From: Octopus sinensis
Taxonomy: Eukaryota
DNA: 25,904 nt
Assembly: GCF_006345805.1 (NCBI RefSeq)
Contig: NW_021836020.1
Span: forward strand, 1 to 25,904
Direction: 5' to 3'
Positions 14,321-24,310 of the stretch are shown here, piece by piece. The position numbers and the translations under genes were made by a program. Numbering within the stretch: position 1 is the stretch's first letter; every line of letters begins with the position of its first letter. A model generated the notes under the pieces. It was not told the origin of the DNA and did not search any database. It saw nothing but the letters and a program-made list of their open reading frames with translations.

Positions 14321-14365
<45 letters not shown>
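13929..14365 (+). repeat. (CA)n/(TA)n/(TATG)n block
   Basis: Direct reading. Confidence 0.92.
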
Positions 14366-14369
<4 letters not shown>

Positions 14370-14503
14370 GGAGTAAACACATAAATGTGAACCAAGGTAG
14401 AAAAAAGAGTACTCAAATACCAGTGGTAGAGTAATATGCTTTGAACGGCAACGGGAAACTCAGAGTAACAGGTTTTGTTGAATTTTCTGCTGCTTTAAAT
14501 AAA

Positions 14504-14504
<1 letters not shown>
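14366..14504. mobile_element. Short element inside (TA)n carrying the 3' half of a hammerhead-like motif
   Basis: Flanked by (TA)n on both sides; GA-ACG-GCAA-CGG-GAAAC-T-CAG-AGTA-ACAG at 14443-14471. Confidence 0.5.
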
Positions 14505-14562
<58 letters not shown>

Positions 14563-14762
14563 AATACGTATATGATATTATATTGTGTGTGTGTGCGTGT
14601 GTGTATGTGTGTGTGTATTAAATTTCAGTCATGCTACTCATAGATTCGTGTTCACAGTCCTATGAAGGAAGATATGGGTGATATCAGAGTGCAACATAAA
14701 CTCTAAATGGTATATATGCTCATGAATGTGAGCGTGTATGTGTGTGTGTCAGTATAAATAAG

Positions 14763-14763
14763 C

Positions 14764-14859
<96 letters not shown>
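14763..14859 (+). repeat. (CAGA)n to (TAGA)n compound microsatellite
   Basis: Direct reading. Confidence 0.95.
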
Positions 14860-14916
14860 GAAAAATATATCATTCTTCATTTAATAGCACGAACACGTGT
14901 ATGCATTAATTTTGTA

Positions 14917-15140
14917 TTATTCTTTTCCTTGTTTCAGTCATTTTGACTGTTGCCATGCTGGAGCACCGCTTCTAGTCGAATAAATCGACCCCAGAACTTA
15001 TTCATTGCAAACCTAGTACTTATTCTATCGGTCACTTTTGCCGAAGCGCTAATTCACGGGGATTTAAGCACGCCAGCATCGGTTGTCGAGCGATGTTGGA
15101 GAACGAACCCAGACACACAAAACATAAACATATAACATAC

Positions 15141-15193
<53 letters not shown>

Positions 15194-15327
15194 CTATATA
15201 TATATATATACATATATATATACATATATACATATATATACATATATATACATATATACATATATACATATATACATATATATACATATATATACATATA
15301 TATTATTAATACATATATACATAATAT

Positions 15328-15366
<39 letters not shown>

Positions 15367-15542
15367 GCATACATATATACGAAGGGGTCCTTTCATTTTC
15401 CGTCTACCAAATCCGCTCACAAGGCTTTCGTAGGCCCGAGGCTATAGTAGAAGACACTTGTACAAGGTGCCACGCAGTGGGACTGAACCCGGAACCATGT
15501 GGTTGGTAAGCAAGCTACTAACTACACAGCCACTCGTACGCC
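14917..15542 (-). mobile_element. SINE B, full length, with ~255-bp internal (TA/TACA)n
   Basis: Body 14917-15120 and head 15378-15542. Confidence 0.9.
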
Positions 15543-15987
15543 TATAAATACCTACTTACATACGTAGATCCATAAATACGAGGGGCTAAATAACAGTAAC
15601 ATTCGTCCTAACCAGGACTGCCACATTATGTAGGTAAATAATTTTTACTCTAGAGTGCTGTTACTGAATATCTCTCGTTGAGAGATTTAGAAATAATAAT
15701 TTTGCTATTTATATATAAAATATTATTTCGTTAAGTTCATTTCTACGAATCATTAATATTTACGTTCCAGCTTCCAGAAATGCGTTTAAAATGTAAAATT
15801 GGATTTATCCACAAACTATACACCGCTATATATAGTGGCAATTTCAGCAATGGGTTGGCTGGGTGCTGATATAGGGGTAAAATCCCTTGAAATATGGCAT
15901 ATATACTCCTTATCCATTTTTCATTTTCGATTTCATTGTTTTCTTACATCTGACGTCTCGTATACGAAACGCTGTAGCAAAAAGTAA

Positions 15988-16306
15988 TGTCCGACGACAT
16001 TTGAACGGGCGTTGCTAGTGCTTGACTAAGTCATATGATGGTGCATCGTTATCAGAAACTTCTTGCATCTCATCAAAAAAGTCTCGTTTGGTGTAAGACC
16101 TTTCAAGTATAAGAACCTAATGACTGATCTGCATTCAACTATCTCTTAGTCCACTTCAGCAGCCATAAAAAAACAACGAATTCTAGTGAAAAGCTGAAAT
16201 TTACAATGCGACATGTAGAGACATGTATAATTATACCTGCACAAGTTCCGTTTCCTGCAATAACCGGAAGTGGCTCACGGGAAACCTTTAATGAACACCC
16301 ATCGTG
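15988..16306 (-). mobile_element. Decayed mariner transposon left end: TIR-like end plus transposase N-terminus pseudogene
   Basis: Minus ECRSVIRFLYLKGLTPNETF/DEMQEVSDNDAPSYDLVKH*QRPFKCRRT (about 16136-15988; one frameshift, one stop) matches mariner N-terminal HTH regions. The end CACGATGGGTGTTCATTAAAGGTTTCCCG resembles mariner TIRs. Confidence 0.8.
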
Positions 16307-16353
16307 TGTATATATATATATCATCAAAATAAGCAACAAGGATATCCAGAGGT

Positions 16354-16445
16354 TATGCAGTACGATCGTTTCATGCGACTCCATTTAATTAAACAATGCA
16401 AGTATTACATCAATTTCAAAAAGTAGAGCAATCTTCAGCTGCATA
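16354..16445 (-). ncRNA. Type I hammerhead ribozyme motif with canonical core
   Basis: Minus strand: stem I TATGCAG, then CTGAAGA, a 59-nt stem II (TGC/GCA, TCTA/TGGA), GAAAC-GATC-GTA, and stem I' CTGCATA (perfect 7 bp). Stem III ACGATCGT is palindromic. Predicted cleavage is between 16361 and 16360. Confidence 0.8.
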
Positions 16446-16624
16446 CAAATATAGAATTTAGTCAAATTTAAAGGATTCATTTTTATAGTTATTCCATTAC
16501 CCAACATTACAAAGAGGATAAGTAGGTAGGCAGAGAAACAAGTTTCATCAACAGAAACATAGTAGTAATTAGTATTTTTTCATGGAGATACTGCTTATCA
16601 TTGGTTTTACTTTGCTTTACTGAA

Positions 16625-16658
<34 letters not shown>

Positions 16659-16669
16659 TCCATATGCAA

Positions 16670-16696
16670 ATAGATGGATAGGTCGATAGATAGGTC

Positions 16697-16794
<98 letters not shown>
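16670..16794 (+). repeat. (AGAT)n microsatellite
   Basis: Direct reading. Confidence 0.96.
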
Positions 16795-16795
<1 letters not shown>

Positions 16796-17109
16796 GTGAC
16801 ACAGTTCTTTAATGTCAATTTTTTTGTACTGACCTCCATGTCAGGTTTTTAATGCTGAAATATTTTTTAGTCTTTTGATTATTGGAACCATCATATTCAT
16901 TTTCATGGATGAAGGCCAAAATATAATTGATTCTTTAATGCTTGTGCCCCATCATAATTTGTCCCTGCGGCCTCTAATTAGTTGTCTATCTAATCGTCTC
17001 TGTCCCACTGGGCACGAGACCAATGTTATTTGGTTTTCAATGGAACGATTGTACCATTTCTTGAATAAGAGTTAAAGCATTACTGGTCCTTACGTTATAA
17101 AGTTTGAAT

Positions 17110-17925
17110 AAAATATGAAATATACATACATACATACGGACATACACACGCATACATACATGTATACACACATGCATACATATATACATACATGGATACA
17201 TACGTACATACACACACGAATACATTTATACATACGTACATACATGCATACATATGTACATACACACGCATACATACATGCATACACACGCATACATATA
17301 TACACACTTACATGCATACATACGTACATATACACACGTATATATACGTGCATACATGCATACATACGTACATACACACACGCATATATATATATATATA
17401 TAAATACATACATTCATACATACGCCCATTCACACACGCATACATACATACATGCATACACACACACGCCTACATATATACATACATACATGTATATATA
17501 CATACATAAATACATACATATTCACACATACTTTCTCTATTGGCAAGAAATCTTGAAATATACTGAATAGTGACATACATACATACATGCGTAAAAGCAT
17601 TATACAAGTTTATAATTTGAATATATATAAGCATGTCTAGATATGCAACTATATGCATGAGAATACGTATATGAAAGAAAACATACAAATCTGCACATAC
17701 ATATATATATATACATACAAACAAAAATAGTCTGTTTTTGTTAATGTTGAAATTCCAATGAAGGAGCCTTGGATCTAGGTTAGAAACCTGTTCTATATTG
17801 GCGAGAAATCTTGAAATAAAACTGAACAATGACATACATACATACATACATACGTAATACATACATACATACATACATACATACATACATACATACATAC
17901 ATACATACATACATACATACATGCA
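17110..17925 (+). repeat. Degenerate and pure (ATAC)n tracts containing two fragments of one repeat (17531-17574, 17731-17833)
   Basis: TATTGGCRAGAAATCTTGAAATAWACTGAAYARTGAC followed by ATAC occurs twice. Confidence 0.85.
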
Positions 17926-17959
17926 TAGAAATAAGTGATACTCTTCAAGTTTGAGTCAG

Positions 17960-18064
17960 AATGAAACTTTCGTGAAAGATGCTTGCCCATGATGTTGTAC
18001 AGAGGTATCGAACCTTGGACATCATGACTGAAAAGCGAACTTCTTATTAACTCGCCCATGCCTG
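17960..18064 (-). mobile_element. Old diverged SINE B-like head
   Basis: Minus CAGGCATGGGCGAGTTAATAAGAAGTTCGCTT..CAAGGTTCGATACC..CATGGGCAAGCATCTT. Confidence 0.55.
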
Positions 18065-18821
18065 AATTAATATATATTATGGCTTTGCTCAGCCATACTA
18101 CATACAACGTGTCAGGAAAGCGAATATCAATATAGAACTATGTGATACAGTATACAGTATATTGATGAAGTATGAAATTATTCATCCTTGTAAAATTATG
18201 GCAACCCAGTTTCCTAAAATCGATTATTTCCTTGCATCTAGAAACCCTTTGTGACTATCGACCGATCGATTATGTTGCAACTATCAATGCGTCTACAATT
18301 ATCGATTCATGTTATAACTGTGAATCCATTCATTACGTATTATTAATCATCCTGTCGATTGACAATCCATTTTATAATAACGGATCTGTCTGCAAGTTGC
18401 GCTCAGAAAATGTCCCCGGGACCTTCAGTCACGATTGTTAGAAATTATTTGCAAAACATGCGCGTTAATATCCGGGGCTACAAATTAATAGAGCCGACCT
18501 ATACACTGGACACCTGGTTCTCATTTATTTTAGCAACGACTGAAATAGTCCAAAATAAAAACCAAACCGATTGCGATGGGATTTGAATCATGAAAAGTGA
18601 TATATCAATTTTTTTTTCTAAAATAAAAGACAAACATCTTCTCCCAAGGAGAATCTATAAGGATTATAATAAGGTAGATATCAGTCAGATTAAGGTATTT
18701 AATCCGACAACATACCCACTCTGTCACTGCAATAAATCCTAAATCTTAATGGATTTTAATATATAAGGCATTTGAAAAATACTTTTATACTTACACACGT
18801 AGATGCACACACACAAATTGA

Positions 18822-18860
<39 letters not shown>

Positions 18861-18975
18861 GTTTATATATTAGTCATCTGGCCCGGAGCCTTTTCTATTA
18901 GTTAGTCCTTCTCAAGATGACAACAAAGTCGTAAATTCAAAGCAAAGAGATGTAAAATAACATTCACTGAATATA

Positions 18976-19207
18976 TATTTCTTTACTACCCACAAGGGGC
19001 TAAACACAGTGAGGACAAACAAGGACAGACAAACGGATTAAGTCGATTACATCGACCCCAGTGCGTAACTGGTACTTAATTTATCGACCCGAAAGGATGA
19101 AAGGCAAAGTCGACCTCGGCGGAATTTGAACTCGGGACGTAACGACAGACGAAATACGGCTACGCATTTCGCCCGGCGTGCTAACGTTTCTGCCAGCTCG
19201 CCGCCTT
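18976..19207 (-). mobile_element. SINE A, full length
   Basis: Reverse complement matches 4377-4607 end to end. Confidence 0.95.
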
Positions 19208-19423
19208 TAACATTAACTAAATATATACTGTACCTTTACATTTTAGTATCCTGTAGTTATGGTGTTAAGAGAAATGTTTGCAAATACATCCCCCCCCCTC
19301 TCTCTCTCTCTCATGCTCGCATTTATCCATGTAATTCATGTTTTTTTCTTGCTATGCTCTTTTACTAATTAATAATGTGTCAAATGTGTCAATTAGCAGT
19401 GTCGTTGATCATTTTTTCTTTAC

Positions 19424-19474
19424 CTTAATGACGCCGGTGACATATATTAAAAGTCCCCTTATAGAACTATATTC
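19424..19474 (-). CDS. Candidate internal 51-nt coding exon (EYSSIRGLLIYVTGVIK)
   Basis: Acceptor AATTCTCTACTGTTTTAG|G and donor AAG|GTAAAG. Length is a multiple of 3 and only frame 0 is open. No homolog recognised. Confidence 0.3.
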
Positions 19475-19775
19475 CTAAAACAGTAGAGAATTATTTTATC
19501 ACCCTCAAATTTGAGAAACAAACATTCATAACATTTTTCTTTTAAAACTTCATTGCATGAGATCGATACCATGAAATTCCTCGAATTGAGCTCTATCATT
19601 TAAGCTTTATTAAAATATAGTTTGTTTTTAAAATAAAAAGTTAATTATACTTAAATCCAATTTTTTGCCTTATATTTTTAATGATATTTTACCTCACAAC
19701 TTTTTTTATACAGATTTGTTGATGTATGAGACCAAATTATGAAATGTATAAGTACTGATGCCGATTTGATCCAAT

Positions 19776-19830
19776 GTGATGCTACAGCATGGCCGTAGAC
19801 CAATTACTGAAGCAAATGAAAGAATAAAGG
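19776..19830 (+). mobile_element. Old SINE B 3' tail fragment
   Basis: GATGCTACAGCATGGCCGTAGACCAATTACTGAAGCAAATGAAAGAATAAAG. Confidence 0.55.
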
Positions 19831-20188
19831 AACAAAAAGGAAGACTGTCAAGCATGCATCACATTCTATGAATACAGAAAATAATTTTCAGGGTTACATT
19901 GCTAATGAAGGTTTCAGAATGCAATCCCTTGACTAAATGCTAAGCAAAAAAGCTACAGTGACATCGAACCCTTAACCCGCCAAGCTAAAGTTTAAACTGT
20001 TCTTTAGTTGGTTATTTGATGGCTATTCATATCATAAATGTCACACTTTCTAAACCCATAATTTAATATGATTTACCACACGTTAGGGAATCCTTCGGAA
20101 AGAGATACTATGAACAATATATTATACATCCATACATATATAGACATATATATATACATATACATACCTATATACATATACATACATA

Positions 20189-20220
<32 letters not shown>

Positions 20221-20247
20221 CGTATATATATATACATACACACACAC

Positions 20248-20306
<59 letters not shown>

Positions 20307-20452
20307 GTAAAACTAATGGTTTATACCTGGTAGCTTAATGTTAAAGCACGGTCGCTTTCACAGTGATTCGTTGTGTATATGGCAAATGAAAGACGGAAGA
20401 CGGAATATTAGAGAATTCTATCTTCCGTCTTTTAGTTGCGATATATATATAT

Positions 20453-20529
<77 letters not shown>

Positions 20530-20536
20530 ATAAAAT

Positions 20537-20887
20537 ATATGAATAAAAAATGGAGTTAACGCAGTTTTAAACAAGTATTTTTACTTTGACATATGTTTCG
20601 AAAATTCCACTGATACTATTCAAAAGAATAAAAGGTATAAACAATGCAATCTTCTCTTCGGGAAAGTGAAAAACGAAACTCGTCAATACGACATTTTAGC
20701 AAAAAATGATGGATTAGTATCAGTGGAATTTTCGAAACATATGTAGAAAGTAAAAAGTCTATCGCTATACGAATCCATCATTTTTTGCTAAAATGTCGTA
20801 TTGACGAGTTTCGTTTTTTCACTTTCCCGAAGAGAAGATTGCATTGTTTATACCTTTTATTCTTTTAACTCCATTTTTTATTCATAT
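20537..20887. repeat. Interleaved inverted duplication A-B-C-B'-C'-A'
   Basis: A 20537-20559 / A' 20865-20887 (23 bp perfect); B 20589-20618 / B' 20715-20744 (30 bp perfect); C 20622-20715 / C' 20772-20866 (94/95 bp, one T indel). Confidence 0.92.
20583..20667 (-). ncRNA. Type I hammerhead ribozyme motif, CCGA core variant
   Basis: Minus strand: ACTTTC, CCGAAGA, stem II GAAGATTGCATTG/CAGTGGAATTTTC (12 of 13 positions pair, counting G-U), GAAAC-ATAT-GTC, then AAAGT. Stem III ACATATGT is palindromic. Stem I has a 1-nt bulge in this copy. Confidence 0.7.
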
Positions 20888-21069
20888 TATTCAAAATATT
20901 CAACGTAAACACGAAGTTTCAACCTTTATAAACAAGGAGTTACAACATCTTTACTTGTGAGATTTTGCTGCCCTGGTAACTATTCATTTATTTATCCGTG
21001 TAATTGTTAACAAGGTAAAATACACTCATCTATTAATATATAGATATAAATAAATATATATATATATAT

Positions 21070-21102
<33 letters not shown>

Positions 21103-21109
21103 GTATATA

Positions 21110-21345
21110 TTCGCCATGATAGATCGCTAGCTACTAAACCTTTATTTTATTTTCTCTCTGCTTATTATCTGTTACTTCCTGTTCAAGAGCGTAGGCTCGA
21201 AACGTAAAAGACTTTCTCGCTTCCCGAGCGTTAAACCAATACATCTGTTTGTTGTTTACCCACCCGTCTTCGACTTTTGTTTTGCTTTGTTTTTTGTTTT
21301 GTTTTGTTTTTTGGGTTGTTGTTTTTTTTTTGTAAATTCCAACTA
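21110..21345. mobile_element. Short interspersed repeat between TA/TATG tracts, with a decayed hammerhead-like motif at 21175-21210 (+)
   Basis: Homologous to 11946-12008. Motif: CTTC-CTGTTCA-A-GAGC-GTAG-GCTC-GAAAC-GTA-AAAG. Confidence 0.7.
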
Positions 21346-21789
21346 TATATATATACACGCAGATAAATTGATAGATGACATACGCACATAAAACATGTTT
21401 ATATATACTGAATACAAATTTTCTTCATTACATAATAATATTCTGAAGATATATTTTTATAGAATCACAGAACCACACACATACCTTTCCTAACTTTCAC
21501 AACCAGGAATACTACAAATTTATATATCGATTTTAGTTGTTTATTTTCATATCATTATAGTTGTTTTTTTTTTTACTATTTCTGAAAGTGGAGATGGTTT
21601 TTTTTTTGTTTGATTTTTTTGTTATTTTATTTCTTTTTTGTTTTCTTTATTCTTTCATCGAAATTGTTTACGTAGATATTCTCGTTGTTGATGTTATTTG
21701 CTTCTGCATTTCTTGTTGTCCTCCGTATTTCATTTTATTTGTTAACTTCTGTCAAGCTGCAAATCAATATTTTAGTATCTTTTCTTATG

Positions 21790-21843
<54 letters not shown>

Positions 21844-21864
21844 CACACACAAACACATAAATAT

Positions 21865-21920
21865 GGTGCTCCAGCATGGCCACAGTCAAATGACTGAAAC
21901 AAGTAAGAGTCTAAAAGAGT
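21865..21920 (+). mobile_element. SINE B 3' tail fragment
   Basis: GGTGCTCCAGCATGGCCACAGTCAAATGACTGAAACAAGTAAGAG. Confidence 0.85.
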
Positions 21921-21934
21921 ATTTATGTATATCT

Positions 21935-21976
21935 ATATATATATAGATAGATAGATAGATATAGATAGATAGATAG

Positions 21977-22016
<40 letters not shown>

Positions 22017-22102
22017 AATAAGATAATGGTAGATAGAATAATAGATATATAGATAGATAGATAGATAGATTAGATAGATAGATAGATAGATGATAATAGA
22101 TT

Positions 22103-22155
<53 letters not shown>

Positions 22156-22157
22156 AT
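21935..22157 (+). repeat. Degenerate (AGAT)n, the tail of family H
   Basis: Direct reading. Confidence 0.92.
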
Positions 22158-22159
22158 AT

Positions 22160-22236
22160 AAGTTTTTTCTTATTGGCCACACAGAGCTGCACACAGATGG
22201 GACAGAGTTACTAGGTAGAGCTTTTCTTTTTGGGGA
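22160..22236 (-). mobile_element. Retroposon 3' end (family H), copy 2
   Basis: Homologous to 12187-12260 and adjacent to (AGAT)n in the same way. Confidence 0.7.
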
Positions 22237-22564
22237 TAAAAAAAACAAAAAACAAAAGAAACAAAAAAAGGGGGTGGCGTAGGTTTCGATCAAGAGGGAT
22301 CGTAAAAGGAAGAAAAAAACAAAAAAAAAAATAAAAAATAAAAAAAAAAATTTTTTTTAATTAAAAAATAAAGATATTATATATACGTTGCTATATGAAA
22401 ACTTAAAGTGGTTTTAGAGTCGGTTCATGGCTGCTATTTTCAGCATGGTGGTATCTCGTAGATACCCTAATTTATAATTTTAATAATTATTACCTTTGAA
22501 GGTTATTTTATTCATGCTGACCACTTGATAAGTTCATTATTTTATTTTAAATTAACGATCTTAT

Positions 22565-22601
<37 letters not shown>

Positions 22602-22637
22602 CGAAACTAACTATGACTTAATTTTTCCTCTCACACC

Positions 22638-22689
22638 GTCTGCGATGAAGGGATATTATTAATTAATATCCTAGAAACAGCTGTAAGAC
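22638..22689 (+). ncRNA. Type I hammerhead-like motif, probably inactivated
   Basis: GTCT, GCGATGA, then A-GGGATATT/AATATCCT-A, GAAAC-AGCT-GTA, AGAC. Core positions 3 and 4 deviate (G, C) and the 10.1-11.1 pair is A.A. Confidence 0.55.
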
Positions 22690-22842
22690 CTTCTATCTAT
22701 AAATGCTCTATATCTGTACAGCCTTGGTTTTTTATCTCATTACGCAAAAATTTCATATATATATGTGTGTGTGTGTGTATATGTATATGTATTTACATAT
22801 TTATATGCATATTTCATAAATGTACATATATATACATATATA

Positions 22843-22920
22843 TGTGGAAGCGCAATGGCCCAGTGGTTAGGGGAGTGCATTCACGGTCGTAGGATCGTAG
22901 TTTCGATTCCCAGACCGGGA
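22843..22920 (+). mobile_element. SINE C head, 3'-truncated
   Basis: TGGCCCAGTGGTTAGG (A box) and AGTTTCGATTCC (B box); homologous to 3391-3561. Confidence 0.75.
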
Positions 22921-23161
22921 ACATATACGTGCATGTATTGTGTATGGGTGTAGGTGGGTTTGTGTATACATATACATATAATACTTGCATGTATACAATG
23001 TGTCGCTAAAAATGATCTTCCATTTTAAATCATAAATTACTATAAAAATAAAAAGGAACATTGTGCTTGCGTGTGCATATATATATTTCACTCTCGATAA
23101 ATTTATCCCTTTTTTTGTGTCCCTAGCACTTGGCATCCTTATTTAGGAGCCCTTAATTATA

Positions 23162-23199
23162 TTTCTATATGAATAATATTTTTCTATATGAATAATATT
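23162..23199 (+). repeat. 19-bp perfect tandem duplication
   Basis: TTTCTATATGAATAATATT twice. Confidence 0.85.
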
Positions 23200-23270
23200 T
23201 TGTCTAATGACTAATTCGTCCTTTGTGCTGGGCCAGTGGTAGTAATCTATAATATTACCCTTTTTTTGAT

Positions 23271-23304
<34 letters not shown>

Positions 23305-23344
23305 TATATATATATATTATATTATATCTATATATATATCTATC

Positions 23345-23377
<33 letters not shown>

Positions 23378-23386
23378 TATTTATAC

Positions 23387-23421
<35 letters not shown>

Positions 23422-23903
23422 CATATGTGTGTTTGTATGGGATTATGTACATATGCTATTTATGTTTATAAATATACAATATATACAAATATATTGATGC
23501 GTACGTGTGTCTATGTATACACGTACTTAGATATATCGATATATATACGCATACTTAGATACATCGATATAGATGTGTGAATGTGTGTATGTGCGTATGC
23601 ATGTGTTGTTTTATATTATCTCTGTATTCATTTAACAACGGGAGTAAACATACTATATACACTGGAGTCCCAGGTCAAGATCAGCTTTTAAGCATCTTGC
23701 CTCCATTTAGTTTTTGTTCAGTTTGACCAAAAACAACAGCAGACACTAAGACGAACAGAGCGACGTGAGGCGGCAAACACGCAGATTAAACGCCATGCAT
23801 GTTTAGACGTAATGTTTAATGATGGCCATAAAAGCTAGATCGAAGCGTTTAAACACTTGATAACTTTCATGTTATTTATCGAGCAAATTACGATTTACAT
23901 ACG

Positions 23904-23947
<44 letters not shown>

Positions 23948-24066
23948 TATACATACATATGTGTGTGTATTTATGTTTTGCGTTTGCCTTTGATTGTGTA
24001 TAGACGCATATATATATATATTGAGTATGGATTATTAAATAAATAGGCATATGTGTGTTATTATAT

Positions 24067-24310
24067 GCAGGAGTGGCTGTGTGGTAAGTAGCTTGCTTAC
24101 CAACCACGTGGTTCCGGGTTCAGTCCCACTGCGTTTCACCTTCGGCAAGTGTCTTCAACTATAGGCTCGGGCTGACCAAATCCATTCACAAGGCTTTGGT
24201 CGGCCGAGACTGTAGTAGAAAATACTTGCTCAAGGTGCCGCGCAGTGGGACTGAACCCGAAACCATGTGGTTGGTATGTAAGCGTCTTACCACACAGCCA
24301 CGCCTGTGCC
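24067..24310. mobile_element. Two SINE B heads fused tail-to-tail (+ 24067-24180, - 24181-24310)
   Basis: Arms are about 80-85% complementary by eye, with a 14-nt loop at 24181-24194. Confidence 0.92.

Noticed and set aside
15950-15976. CTGACGT..GAAAC-GCT-GTA
   Set aside because: A9 is altered, stem II is poor and there is no adjacent stem I; could be chance or too decayed.
16489-16525. Plus-strand mini-exon IPLPNITKRIS (superficially Skp1-like)
   Set aside because: It is very short, lies inside the TA-flanked hammerhead element, and has no supporting exons.
23731-23773. Plus-strand AG..GT window FDQKQQQTLRRTER
   Set aside because: Isolated and unrecognised; shows how easily such windows arise by chance.
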